Positions 11,665-23,464 of a stretch of DNA of 64,000 bases are shown piece after piece (the first letter of the stretch is position 1; the number at the start of each line of letters is the position of its first letter). The position numbers and the translations under genes were made by a program. Location of the stretch: assembly GCA_020536535.1 (NCBI GenBank), contig JAHLWZ010000231.1, positions 78,985-142,984 on the forward strand. The letters are read 5' to 3'. Below the pieces are notes generated by a model. It did not search any database and was not told the origin of the DNA. It worked only from the letters and a program-made list of their open reading frames with translations. The DNA comes from Pelomyxa schiedti. Lineage: Eukaryota > Protista > Evosea.

Positions 11665-13493
11665 ATGAACTTTTGGCCGTTCATTCTCATTGTTTCCTCT
11701 GGTGTTCTGCTGGGTCTGTTGTGGTGTCAATTTGAAAACGGTTCTTTCTCTTATTGGCATTAGGGGCCTTTGGTGATTACATCAACCCAGTGGTCAATGT
11801 TGATGCACCAGGTGTGTACATGAGGTGGCTAATTGTTACTTGAGAGGCAACAACCAACATACAAACTTGTAATACAGACCCTGGGGTTTTGTTCTATGAC
11901 GGGTTGTTCTGGATGGTTTCTACATCTGGCGATGATACCAGTAATATGTTTCCTATACGGAAAAGTGCTGATCTGGTTTCCTGGACCTCCATTGGTTTTG
12001 TGTTCAACTCCTCTACAAAACCATCCTGGGTATTTCCCTTACTACCTATCTTTCTCTATCTAACAAAACGCAAGGCTTCCAAGTGTTTTTGGGCCCCAGA
12101 GCTTCACGTTGTGGGTGGCAGGATAATGGTATATTTTGTTGCATGTGACTCTGCTGGGCTGCTCTCTATTGGCGGTGGATATGCATCACATCCACAAGGT
12201 CCTTACACGGCTCTGGAATATCGGCTTGTTAACGATCCCCTGGGAGCCATTGATCCTTCCTTTTTCAAGGACCCAGTTTCAGGGCACCAGTATCTACTTT
12301 GGAAGGTTTCTCAATTCATAATAGCAACCTTTTCTGAGAGATATAGGTTAATGATGCAGCTGCTTCTATATACGCACAAGAAACAAACGACGCTGGTGAC
12401 AGTCTTCTGGGCTCCAAGACTCTCCTCATGGTTGTGAGTCTGACGTGGGAGCAACCCATAGTTGAAGCCCCCTGGATGATCTACCGGAATAATACATATT
12501 ACATGTTCTACAGCAGTGGTTACTATAATCAACCAACCTACAATATAGGAGTTGCTCGTAGTTCATCACCACTTGTATGTTTGCAGGTTTTTATTTTGTG
12601 AATTAAGTGTTATTTTACACAGGGCCCATTTGAAAAAGCATGTGCCCCCCTAATGTCACAATATGCTGATGGCTCACCTTCAAATGCATTCAGTGCACCA
12701 GGCCACACTTCGGTTCTCGATTATGTTGGAGAATCATCTTCCACATTCCTCGTTTATCACTCATGGTACAGTGGGAAAATTGACATGTCTCCTGGGCGCG
12801 TGGTTCTTGTTGACCAGCTGTGGTGGAGTGAAACTCCAGGAGACTGGCCTGTTGTAAGCGGTCAATCCGGCACCCCAACATGTGATTCCCAACCTACTCC
12901 TACTTCTTCAGGCTCAGCCAGAGTACCTTCATCTGTATTACAGGTTGGGTTCCCCCTTTAGTACTGTCTACCATACTCAGTTGATATCTTTCATGAAAGA
13001 TTGGTAATTCATACACCCTACAAACTTATCAATGGTCCGATCAGTGCTGGTCCGATGACGGCGTGATAAGTACAAGTGGATGTAGTTGTCAGTACAAGGT
13101 TCATTCCGGCTTGTGTTCGGGAATGACTATCACCTTAGAGAGTGTCAACAAGTATTTACCGTTCTTGTCACTTGTATCATTCACTCAATTTCTAGACCTG
13201 GATACTATTGGAGACACAAAAATGGCCAGCTCACTCTTGATAAAGATGACGGCACAGACCTCTTTCATCAGGACAGCTCCTTTATGCCCCTTGCTGGTCT
13301 TCACAACCAGGTATTTGCTAATCTCTATGGATTTAAAATATTAAAATATTCACCCTAGGACTATGTGAGTTTCCGGTCTGTGAATTATCCTTCAGAATAC
13401 ATTAGACACAAAGATGGGATTTTGTACATTAATGAATGGGATGGCACCGACTTAATGGCTCAAGATGCTTCCTTTTTGCCAATTGCAAAGTGA
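11665..13493 (+). CDS. Secreted GH43 glycoside hydrolase with C-terminal AbfB/CBM42-type beta-trefoil
   Basis: Signal-like MNFWPFILIVSSGVLL. GH43 motifs YINPVV..AP/DPGV, SADLVSW, WAPEL, AIDPSFF, VEAPWM, APGHTSV. C-terminal repeats LESVN/PGYYWRH..DDGTDLFHQDSSF and FRSVNYPSEYIRH..QDASF match AbfB/CBM42. Stop TGA 13491-13493. Confidence 0.88.
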
Positions 13494-13545
13494 ATAAACC
13501 GATTTTTTGTGATTTTTTTACAAAACAAAAATAGGTGATAGGTCC

Positions 13546-16500
13546 TCAGTGTCCTTTCTGGGTTAAGTACTTCTCAACATGTTCTACAATCCGCTGGGGG
13601 GCAGATTCTGACAAGGCGGCGTCACATACGGATTCTTTATTGACAGTACGGTGTTGCTGATGGAGGTATAACGCAGAAGCCAGCTATTAAACGGAGTCAG
13701 TTTATGGTGGAAAGTGGTAAAGTTGGAGAAATTACAAGTCTAGATTGCGGTATACCCATCTCTAACAAGTCCGTGCATAGCTCCCCATATTGCAGCTCAA
13801 TGGCGCATACTTCATCAAAATTGTCAGTGTGTTTTGTGCTAGCAGGAACAAGAGAAGGCGGGGGTACTGAAACAACCACTGACGGTGGCTCCATGTCATC
13901 ATCTGTGCGTGTGGTATCTGGCGGTGGGATGCTCTCAGTAGCCTTAACTGGTGGGGGAATAGGGTCTGTGGCTAGAGCCATTGTTACACCACTTTCAGGC
14001 TCAGAGGTAGCGCCACTGCCTGAAGAGGTGGTCGTTGTTGTTGATGTTGTGGCCGTTGTTGTGGTAGTAGTTGCCGCCGCTGTTGCTCCATGTGGAGCGT
14101 CAACAAGATGCATAGTAGTTGCAGTAGGTCCCGCGGCAGGGTCTACAATCGGGGCATCGGGACCTCCCAGTGGTAATGGTAAATTGCGATTCACACACTG
14201 CACTACAGTACTAAGCCGTGTTGTGACTTCACAGAGAGTTCCATATTTCTTCCACAAGAAGGTTTTTTCACCAAAGTCGATAATAAGATGGACAGCAGGG
14301 TCACCCTACATTGTAGACTGAGATAAATCGGATAATTAACATGAAGAAACCTGGTCAATGATTTTTTGTGCATATCGTAGAACAAGTTTTTTTTTAATTA
14401 TGAAGCGACCTGATGTTCCGAACTGAATCGTAGTGTTCACCTCAGTGGAGCCGGCAACGAATGTACTAGGGTCAAGAAACTTAATTCATTTAGTACTTAT
14501 GAGAAAGAACGAAATTGTACAGAAGGGCAAAGCTTGATAGGGTACATGGCAATCTTGAAAGTAGAAATAAGGCGTGCTCCTCCTGGGACCACTTTTGTGA
14601 GTGCCGTCCAGAATTCATCTCCCTCAAATCTTAACATTGCTTGCTTAACAACAAGTGCTAGAAGATTGTTAAACCAAAAGAGGAGAGCCTTGGTAAATAC
14701 CAGCCGGCTTGTTAGCCTTTATATGAAGGCGAATTCCTCCTCCATGTGGGAACTCACCACGTACTGACACAATGTCAACTCCTTCTGTAAAAATGGGTGC
14801 AACCTAGAGGCATTAAAAGAGCAAAGATAATTTGAAGTTCACTTCATGCCAATCTCGCTTCAGAACTTGGTAAGCCTTCCATGTGAGGAACAGGCTCAAG
14901 GGACCTGCTCCGATATACAACCAATACCAAGGAAATCCATCAATCTGAAACATAGGTGGAACAGCGAGAGGCCACCAAGCCCATACTACAAACACAACAA
15001 CCTATTGTAAAGTCGGTATTGGTTTATATTACATTCAATGCATGAATAGACATACAATGAACCACTCCCCTATAAAAGAAAAAAGGGATGAGATGTGAAT
15101 ACTGGCTAACTTTTAAGTATCTTACCAAAACAGCAACAGCTTCGCCTATGCATATAACAAAATTCTGTTGCTTTGGAGAGAATTGCCTTGTATCCTTTTA
15201 CGACTGTACCAGCCATTATTCTTTTTCCTATCAAGACATATGCATTAAGGGGGTCGAAGACTTCATAAAGTGTCATCTTTAGAATCTGTTAAGGAAGAGT
15301 ATACAGTCGTAAGTCAGGAAAGGGCATAGAAGGATATGTAAAAATGTGAGATGGAGGATGATCGGATACTCTATCCACCATATAATACACAAAATCCAGC
15401 ACCTAGATAAGTAAGCTTGATTTCCTAAATTTCGTTTCCTTTTCAAAACTGGTAGTATACCAGGGTGCAAAATTGGCCACAGTATCTGACCAAAATTCGA
15501 TATCAGCAAAAGCTTCCCAAAATTCTACAAAGGACGGAAGAGGAGACATGCGTAATCCACCTTTTTCTCAAGATTGGATTCATTACACAATATTACACAC
15601 ACTTACCAATTAGAAGAACGGGCAGGATAGGAAGGGCTAGATTAAGAATAACTATGAAGGGAATGCAGATGGCTTGAACTATCATCATGAAAATCTTGAC
15701 AAAACGGCGTGAGCTGTGAAGGAAAGCAGGCAATACCTCCAAAATAGCCCAGCCTACTCCCGGGCAGGTTCCAATGCTCCAGCCCGATGCTAAAGTTACG
15801 TTATAACAGTAAAAAATGAGGTCTCTAAACATACAACGGCGACATCTTCTCCAAATTGGTTCAAAAAAAGTACAAAACAGAAAGCAGGTATGATTGAAAC
15901 AAAGTACAGGAATCAACGCAAGCTCATTCAGGAGTATAAAAGGGAACCCACAAAAAATTCCCATTATGACTTGATGTATAGCCCAGAAATCTCTTCTACT
16001 ATCACACATTGCTGTAAGAAGTAAGACATAAGTTTGTTGCGATTCGAGGTACCATAAATCCAATAAAGAGGCATGCAAACAAAAGACAGGGTTCTGGAGC
16101 CATTATTCATATCCAAAATTGGTAACCTCCCATAGGGCGTTATAGCGGAAGTCCGTCTAGCAGGTGCGGCTGCAGTGATAGCTGCAGTACTAGCTGCAGA
16201 TGACGCAAGGGGGGTTGTATCTGTTGGAGCCGGGCTTGAATGATATGTAAGGTCGGCACGGGAAGGCTTAAGATCACTCAGCTTTTTCACTTTCCCTATG
16301 CGCCATCCGATATACATATGAATAGGAAGAAGGACAAATGCGGCCGCCTAATAGTCACTTTGTTAGAAGAGAAAACGGTATTGAGCAATAACCTTTATTA
16401 GTAGCATTACAACATGTGGAATGTGCATCATTGCTGGAGAAGCCACAAGGGGGGGGAAAAAAAACAGGAAGTTAGTGGAAGAGTTATTTTGGTGGCTGAG

Positions 16501-19500
16501 AGACTTTGTAGAAATTCATATGTAACTATATCTCTGTACAATGAAAACGACATGTGGAATGTTTGTTCTTCCTCTCGTAACTGCAGTTATTAGGAGGGAA
16601 GTTTATAACTATTGTAGGAGTACATAGCACTTCCATGCAGCCTCGAAGCCTGTTGTAAAAATTGACTCGTCTATTTCCTAAAGAGGCATTTTAAAGTAAG
16701 GTTCTTAATTGTAATGCAACACCAAACACAAAGACAACAACCTCTTCGTCTTCTTCGGCATTTACCATTTCCATTGTAGTGCCGGTAGAAGTAACAGGAG
16801 AGCTGATATCTACAGCGGTAGTGGGAACTGTGGACTCTGTTGTGTGAACGTCAACAGATGGGGCTCCAGAAATGGATGGTTCTGTAACAGTGGTGGGTTC
16901 TTTAACTAGTTCTTCATGGTGCGTCAAATCACTTTCAGGCACTTTCGGGGACGATTTCTCACTAGAACTTGAACTGTGCGATTTATGTGTTTTTCCGGTA
17001 GTGGCCAGGGCGCTTTCCATAACGACAGGGGGGTCGGGGTCCGTCGATTTTGGTGAAGTAATTTCTATACTGTTAGTGGAGTCTTTAGCCTCATCGGACA
17101 CTGTTTTCTCTTCTGTACTTGGAGGGGCAACAATGACTTCGGATTCTGGCGGGGGAGTTCCGTCTCTAGTATCACAAGCACTGGCACTCTCACCTTTTTC
17201 ACTCGTCACAGAAAGCTTCACATCGTCTGCGGTACCAGTCACTGCCGGTTCCATCACTACTGTGGTGCTTGTTGTGGTTGAAGGGGTGGTTGTGGTAGTG
17301 GTTGTCGTGGTAGTTGGGGTGATGGGCACCTTCAGAGTAGGCGGTGGAGCAATGATGGGAACAGTATGTGCCGGAGTGTAATCTTCTTTAGCCAAAGCGC
17401 GTGCTATTTCTTCATCTTTAGCCAGCTGTTCTTCCTGTGTATCTTAAGTGATTGATCCAGGAAAGGGTGGTACCTTTCTTCTTTTCTGCCTGGCCAGTAT
17501 TTGAACGCTCTTCTTTTTTCGGGAAAAAAGCCAACTGTAATTCCATGCTCGCTTAACCATACAGGGAATGTGGATTGGGCATAGTAAACAGAGCAAAATC
17601 TCCATGAAGGATATAAAGTCACGAAGTAGAAGGTTCATTGTCCAAAGTGTACCTAGATACCAGGAAAAACTCTAAAGAAACAGTTGGCTTTTATTATACT
17701 TCCCCTTAGAGCTGGGTAGGAAACCTCGCGGAAATGATATGTGGAAGAAAGTTCTCCGTGAAGATGGTGTATATGTGATGCTAGTGACAACCATCTCCAT
17801 GGGCATGCACAACAAAGTACAAAAAGGGGACCAATGAGACAATCAGCCAGACCAATTCCAAAATATTTGACCACATATTCATGCCGGGCAATATCAACCT
17901 CCTTCTTCAAGATAAAGTGAGTTTTTATTGCTGGTTTATACTAGCAACCTTACGGAAGATATAATTTAGGAACCAGATTGTACGCCAGAAGAAAAAGCAG
18001 TTGATGATTCCCAACCAAACAAAAGGCCAATCAATAAGAGTTTTTGATAATGTTGTTGCTGTTGCTCTGTATAATCCAGTTGTAAGCCAGAAATGCTTCA
18101 TGAAATTAAAAAAGTACACCACAATGCAGGATACCCGTTTAAAATAGCTCTCATGATCAGGTGGCGTCTTGTATTTGTCATAAGCCTTCTTCACTTCAGA
18201 AAACAAGGTCTTCCATCGCCAAAAGGCAAAGAAAATGAACAACCATTCAAATGCCATCACTATGTCAGCCAAGCATGCCTGTTACTAAAAATGAGGAAGG
18301 TAAGTGGAGATATGAAAACTTTCCCCTAGGTAGGCAGCTGTACGATAGCGTTTTTCGCTTCCCTCTTCATTTCGCAACTATTCTATCCTAAGTATTTGAA
18401 AACCAAATTATCACTTACTTTCCAAAAAATGGTATGAAGGAAAAACGGACTGCGCCAGGGACATAATGTGACAAAAACGCCGGCAAACACAAATGGTTCA
18501 TCCTTTAGGGCATGGTAGAAGCACTTGCATGTCGTAGCATAAAATCTCCAACTCTGGAAAAATAAAGTTACAAACTTTATAAGCAGGGAGACATTAACAT
18601 GATGCCAGTGGATCTCCCTAGCCCTCTCAGTGAAGGGTTTTTTAATCTTTCGCACAAAGGTGATTATTCTCCATGGAGCCATAAGCATGAATAGCGCAAA
18701 TAGCAATCCCACCAATATGTCAACAAATGAAAGCCCAAAGTATTGAGCAGTGCGCAAGCGTCTTTCTGAAGCATCCTTTGACTGAGGGGAGAGTAAACTT
18801 TTGTATGTTACATATTCCCTCCAACCTTGTATAGAGTACGAATGAATCCAAACGTTCTCCAAGGCATTAGGCACACCCATGCACCAAAAAATACAAAAGG
18901 AAGGTCAATTAACCATTGCAAAAATAGCTTAAGAAACGCCTTGTGCTCATTATCGCCAGTTTCATGCTGAATAAGTAAGATAGAACGGAAGTTAAATTGA
19001 TTTTTCACCTTTTTAATGAGCTGCACTAGAGACGGTATTCTCCAACCAGTAAGAAGAATTAAAAGTAGCAATGGAATGCAAGGAATATCTTAGGGAAAGC
19101 TGTTAAAACGGCCTGCAAGAATAATTACCTTTCAAAGTTCCCAAGCAATACCTAATAAAATAGGACATTTTGTTAAAAACGGGGAATAGCAATTAAGGAA
19201 TAGATGAATACCGCAGAACCATGATTCGCCTTTGGTTTGCTGTTTCAGTCTCCTGCACCAGGCGTTTAATGCACCAAGGCATTCGCCACAATGTAAATAG
19301 CAGGAACAAGGGAAAAGGAGCATCCAACAAGAGTAGGCCAAATGGTATCCACACGTAAGGGTACCAGTAGTCCCACTCTTTTATTGCTGTACTGGTCGGC
19401 TAAATAATTCAATGTAAGATGGCATCTGCAAGGACAAATACGTACAGCAGGCATCTCAGCATCAATGGCAGACGAAGGGCTACTTGTATCAGCAGGGGCA

Positions 19501-22062
19501 GCAGCAGTGGCCCCAGTGGGAGGTGGGGGCTGTGAAAACCAATGCTGGTTTGAGTGCCATTTCTTAAGCCCAATGATCATAGTTTTAGCACGGTAGACAG
19601 TCACTAGAACAACGACAAACGCAAAGAATGTGGGCATGTCAAGGAGCCACATTCCAATCTGTTTGATTACAACACTACGACACGCGTTGCGTGACTTGGC
19701 CTGAGCTACTTTAAAATTCTTGTAAAGTGAAGGGAATCGCCAGCCAGTTGCAACAATAAGGAGTGCAAAAAAGGCAAATGGAACATCTATCATATCCACA
19801 AACAGCATGCCAAAATGCTTTGCACAGAGTTTTCTCGTGTTCCAAGTTGTGGACTCGCCTGTACGAGGTCGCCATAGCTGATAGAAATCAGTGCTTGTTC
19901 TTAATTTATATAGGAAAGGAAGTAAACCTTCCATATATCACGCCAGAGGAAAAATGCTCTCCAAAGAAGAATAGTCACAAAGAGCGCCCCAATGGCAAAT
20001 GGAAGATCCAAAAACCAGTTTCCAAAGTGGTACCAAATCCAACCACGAATTTCCCACTGATTGTGACTGTGGTATATGTGGTACCACATGAGAACGGCCC
20101 GCCACATGAAAAGTACAGTAACAATCAAGCAGGCAAGAATGCAAGGAATATCCAACCAGAATAAGAGAAATTGGTACCAAACATGCTAAACATGTATGTT
20201 AATTACTTAGAAGAGTGGGTATGGAACCTTGCGGCGCTTTTTCGCAAGATGTAAATCGGGCAATCTAGCTTTCTTGGGGTTTTTTTTTAGAAATAAGGAC
20301 CGAAAGAAAGTAATACCTTTTCATTGATATCCTGCCATTTGAATAGAAAAAAAGGTAACCTCCAGGAACAGATAACAAAGGCACCCATGAAAAAAAAAGG
20401 TAAATCCAAGAGAAAATAGCCAAATTGTTGAAGAGCCCGAGACTGGCCATAAAGTAAAGTGAATCTTCTTGTTGTATCTGAATATCCAAAGCCCCATTCA
20501 TTCTAGTGGCACGTCAAAGAAGAAAGTGGTAAAACAAGATACATTAGTCTTTCTCCACTTCCTTATTAGGTTTGGTATACGGTAAATCGTCAGAATGACA
20601 AAAGGTAGCGTAAATATCATCAAAATATCAACAATGAGGTTCCGGAATTGGTATGCTACAATAAGTCTGCGTGCAGAGGCATCAAAACCAGATGTCTACG
20701 AATGTGGCTTATAATGAGAGAGGCTGGTACTGCAATACTTTTGTCACAAGTGTGTAAATTATACATATGCCTCGATATATGAACAGGCACGTTACAATTG
20801 CCAGCATTATAAAGAACATGTCCAAAAGACCTAATAATGAAGTCATTGTTGGAATTCCTCATGTTATTTATTGCCTTCTTTGGCTTCGTAAGCAAGGCAA
20901 TAACGTTTATCATTGATTGTGACTACATCCTTGTGTTCCAAAGAAAAAGAAATTAGGAGCGGAAAGGAGTTGGAAGCAGATGTAAAACCGTCTCTCTCCA
21001 CTTTCTTACGAGGATAGGAAGTCGCCAAGGTGTTAACAGTACAATAATAATCAACGAAAAAGCTGGAAGATCAAGCAGACCATTCAATGCACCAATAATT
21101 ATCCTGCCTCTCACCTTAGGCCGATCGAACAAACAAAGTACATCAAAAGAACCCCCATTGGAGGCATCCTAAAACGTTTTGTCAGTTGTTTTCATTTATT
21201 AGCACTGGTACCTTGACACAGCGTTTACGCACTCCTGAAATTCTCCAGAAAAAAATCAGGAGAAATAAGGCAAAAAAGAGGGTGATAAAATCAATTACTA
21301 TCATGAGAAAATTATGGAAAATTTCTCTACGGAGATTTCGGTCCACAGAACGAAGTCTAAGTACAGAGATAAATACAAAGGTCTTTATTTATGAGTTTAG
21401 GAACTACCTGTGACTCTTTGTGTCATGGCCTTCATCTTCCTCAGTTGCATCAAAGGATTTGACCAAAAAAACTATCAGAGCAGGAATCCTCACTACTGAG
21501 AGAATCGAAATAATCAGAGCCAGGAAAGCCAGGATATCTACTTGGCAGTCTAATAAATGAAACCAATATTTCCCTTTCATGAAATCGGCCCTATATGAAG
21601 CAAGGAAAAGTTAAAGAAGCAAGTGAAAAGCCGTAAATTACCACAAAAATTTCTTTTTAAGAAAATCTTCCCGTTGGCTGAAGATTAGGCCGATAATCCA
21701 TGCAACTGTTGCCAATTATAAATGAAAGGTGACGGTTTCATCTGGTGCTTGGATTTCAGGGTGAGAACACACAAAAGTAAAATTGCTACACCAATAGCAA
21801 CACCAGTAGCATCAGTCAGTGCCCAGATCAGCACACCCAAACCGGGGCTTATACCAATCAGAATGGGCCAGTAGGACGTAAACATGATCCATTTCGGGAT
21901 CGATAGTAAACCCTGCGCAAAACCACCCCGCGAAGTCACTGCGGCAAGACCCTGACATGCCAGAGTCAAAATGAGAGTTGGAGTGGTGCCTATGGCGAAA
22001 CACGTGTAGCCAATAGCCTTCAAGAGGTACCGAAGTGCGACCACAATCGCAGCCTCAGGCAT
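13546..22062 (-). CDS. Very large polytopic membrane protein with ~18 D-x-P-(hydrophobic)-W-R repeats, two T/S/P-rich inserts and a possible C-terminal UBA-like motif (one gene assumed; could be two)
   Basis: Start MPEAAIVVALRY at 22062. Repeats such as DLPFAIGALFVTILLWR, DVPFAFFALLIVATGWR, DLPFVFFGAWVCLMPWR and DEPFVFAGVFVTLCPWR over 17560-21540. Last exon ends ...VEKYLTQKGH-TGA at 13546. LCTDLLEMGIP near the C-terminus. Confidence 0.7.
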
Positions 22063-22402
22063 TTATGCACCACACAGATCTTTGCTCCTTATGGCTGGCC
22101 TTGTGCCTGGGTGTTTCCGAGTGGTGTTGGTTGGGCAGATGAAGGACGGTTTTTTTTGTTATTTTAATGTAGTTTCGTTGTTTTTCTTGCAAAACATCAA
22201 AAAAAACCGACGGTGGAAGTTGGAGAAAACTTCAAGACCAGAGTTTAGAACTTAGAGCGTTAGGGCACCCTCGGCTGCAGATAAAAAAAAAGAACATGAA
22301 TCTTCAGCAGAAAAAGACTCACAACGAAAGACACGGCAAAACAAAACCCCGGAAGGAACGTTTCGGGAATAAAAAAAACAGAAAAACACAAAAAAAAAAC
22401 TG

Positions 22403-23248
22403 ATGTCGAAGAAGGGGTCAGCGGCAGCGGCAAAGGGCGGGGCGACACCCTCTACGCCCAAGATGGAGATCGAACTGATGATGTGCGGTGAGGCCGGTAG
22501 CGGAAAGACGACAATGGTTTCGTGCTACATGCAAGGCCCCGGCGTAGCCGCCGCTCCTAACGCCCAAGGTTTCCACATCAAAAACATTGACATGCCCGAC
22601 AGGAAACTCTGTGTGAAGGTTTGTTGGCGTTTTTTTTTTTTTTTTTTAAGTTGTACATTTTGGGGCTAAGAGCCGGAATATGATGAAGCTATAATGGAAA
22701 CATAAATAATAAAGCATATTCCCAAGTTAACATTTTTTTTGACCAAAAAAAAAGACGTGGGACAGCTCTGGTGAGGAGAGGTTCAGACACTTAACAACAG
22801 CTGCATATAAGCGAAGTGAAGGGTACTTGATCGTATTTGACCTGAATGACGAGGAGACGTTCTCTCGCGTTGTTGACTGGGGTGACGAAATCAAACGTTA
22901 TTGCGCAAGTGAGACGAGGATAGTATTTGTGGTTGCTAACAAGACCGATTTGGAGAGGGTTGTAACTCGAGAGCAAGGTGAGCAAGCCGCTGCACAAATT
23001 GGCGCTACCTATTATGAGGTATTTGACTCTTTAGAGTCCTTAACCTCATATTTTACCAGGCTTGTGCGCTCAATGGGACCAATGTGAATGAAATTTTCAA
23101 TGACTTGCTCACGAAAGTTGTGGCTGGCAAGGATGCTACTGATAAGGCAAAAAAGCCCTCTACTGGAGTTTCTGGTCTTCAAAGAACACCTAGTACCAGT
23201 GTTAGCAAGACTCCAGCAAAGAAGAAGAGTGGCTGCACCTTACTCTAA
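22403..23248 (+). CDS. Divergent Rab-like small GTPase with CaaX end
   Basis: G1 GEAGSGKT, G3 WDSSGEERFRHLT (Rab F3/F4-like), G4 ANKTD, G5 E/ACAL. C-terminus KKKSGCTLL followed by TAA 23246-23248. Two introns. Confidence 0.9.
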
Positions 23249-23464
23249 CAAGTCGTCAGTCCAAATGTGTAAGTTCCAAATAACTGCTTGGTCCACTGAC
23301 TCAACGCTCACAGATTGCTGTATATATAGTTGTTGTTATGCCACCCAAGCCCACTTTAAAACAAACTCTAACCTTTGATAAACCAAAACTCTTTTCTTGA
23401 ACGACGTTTTCTTTTCGATCGGGAAAACAATTTCGCGAAAGCGGAGAACAAAAATCAAAAGCCG

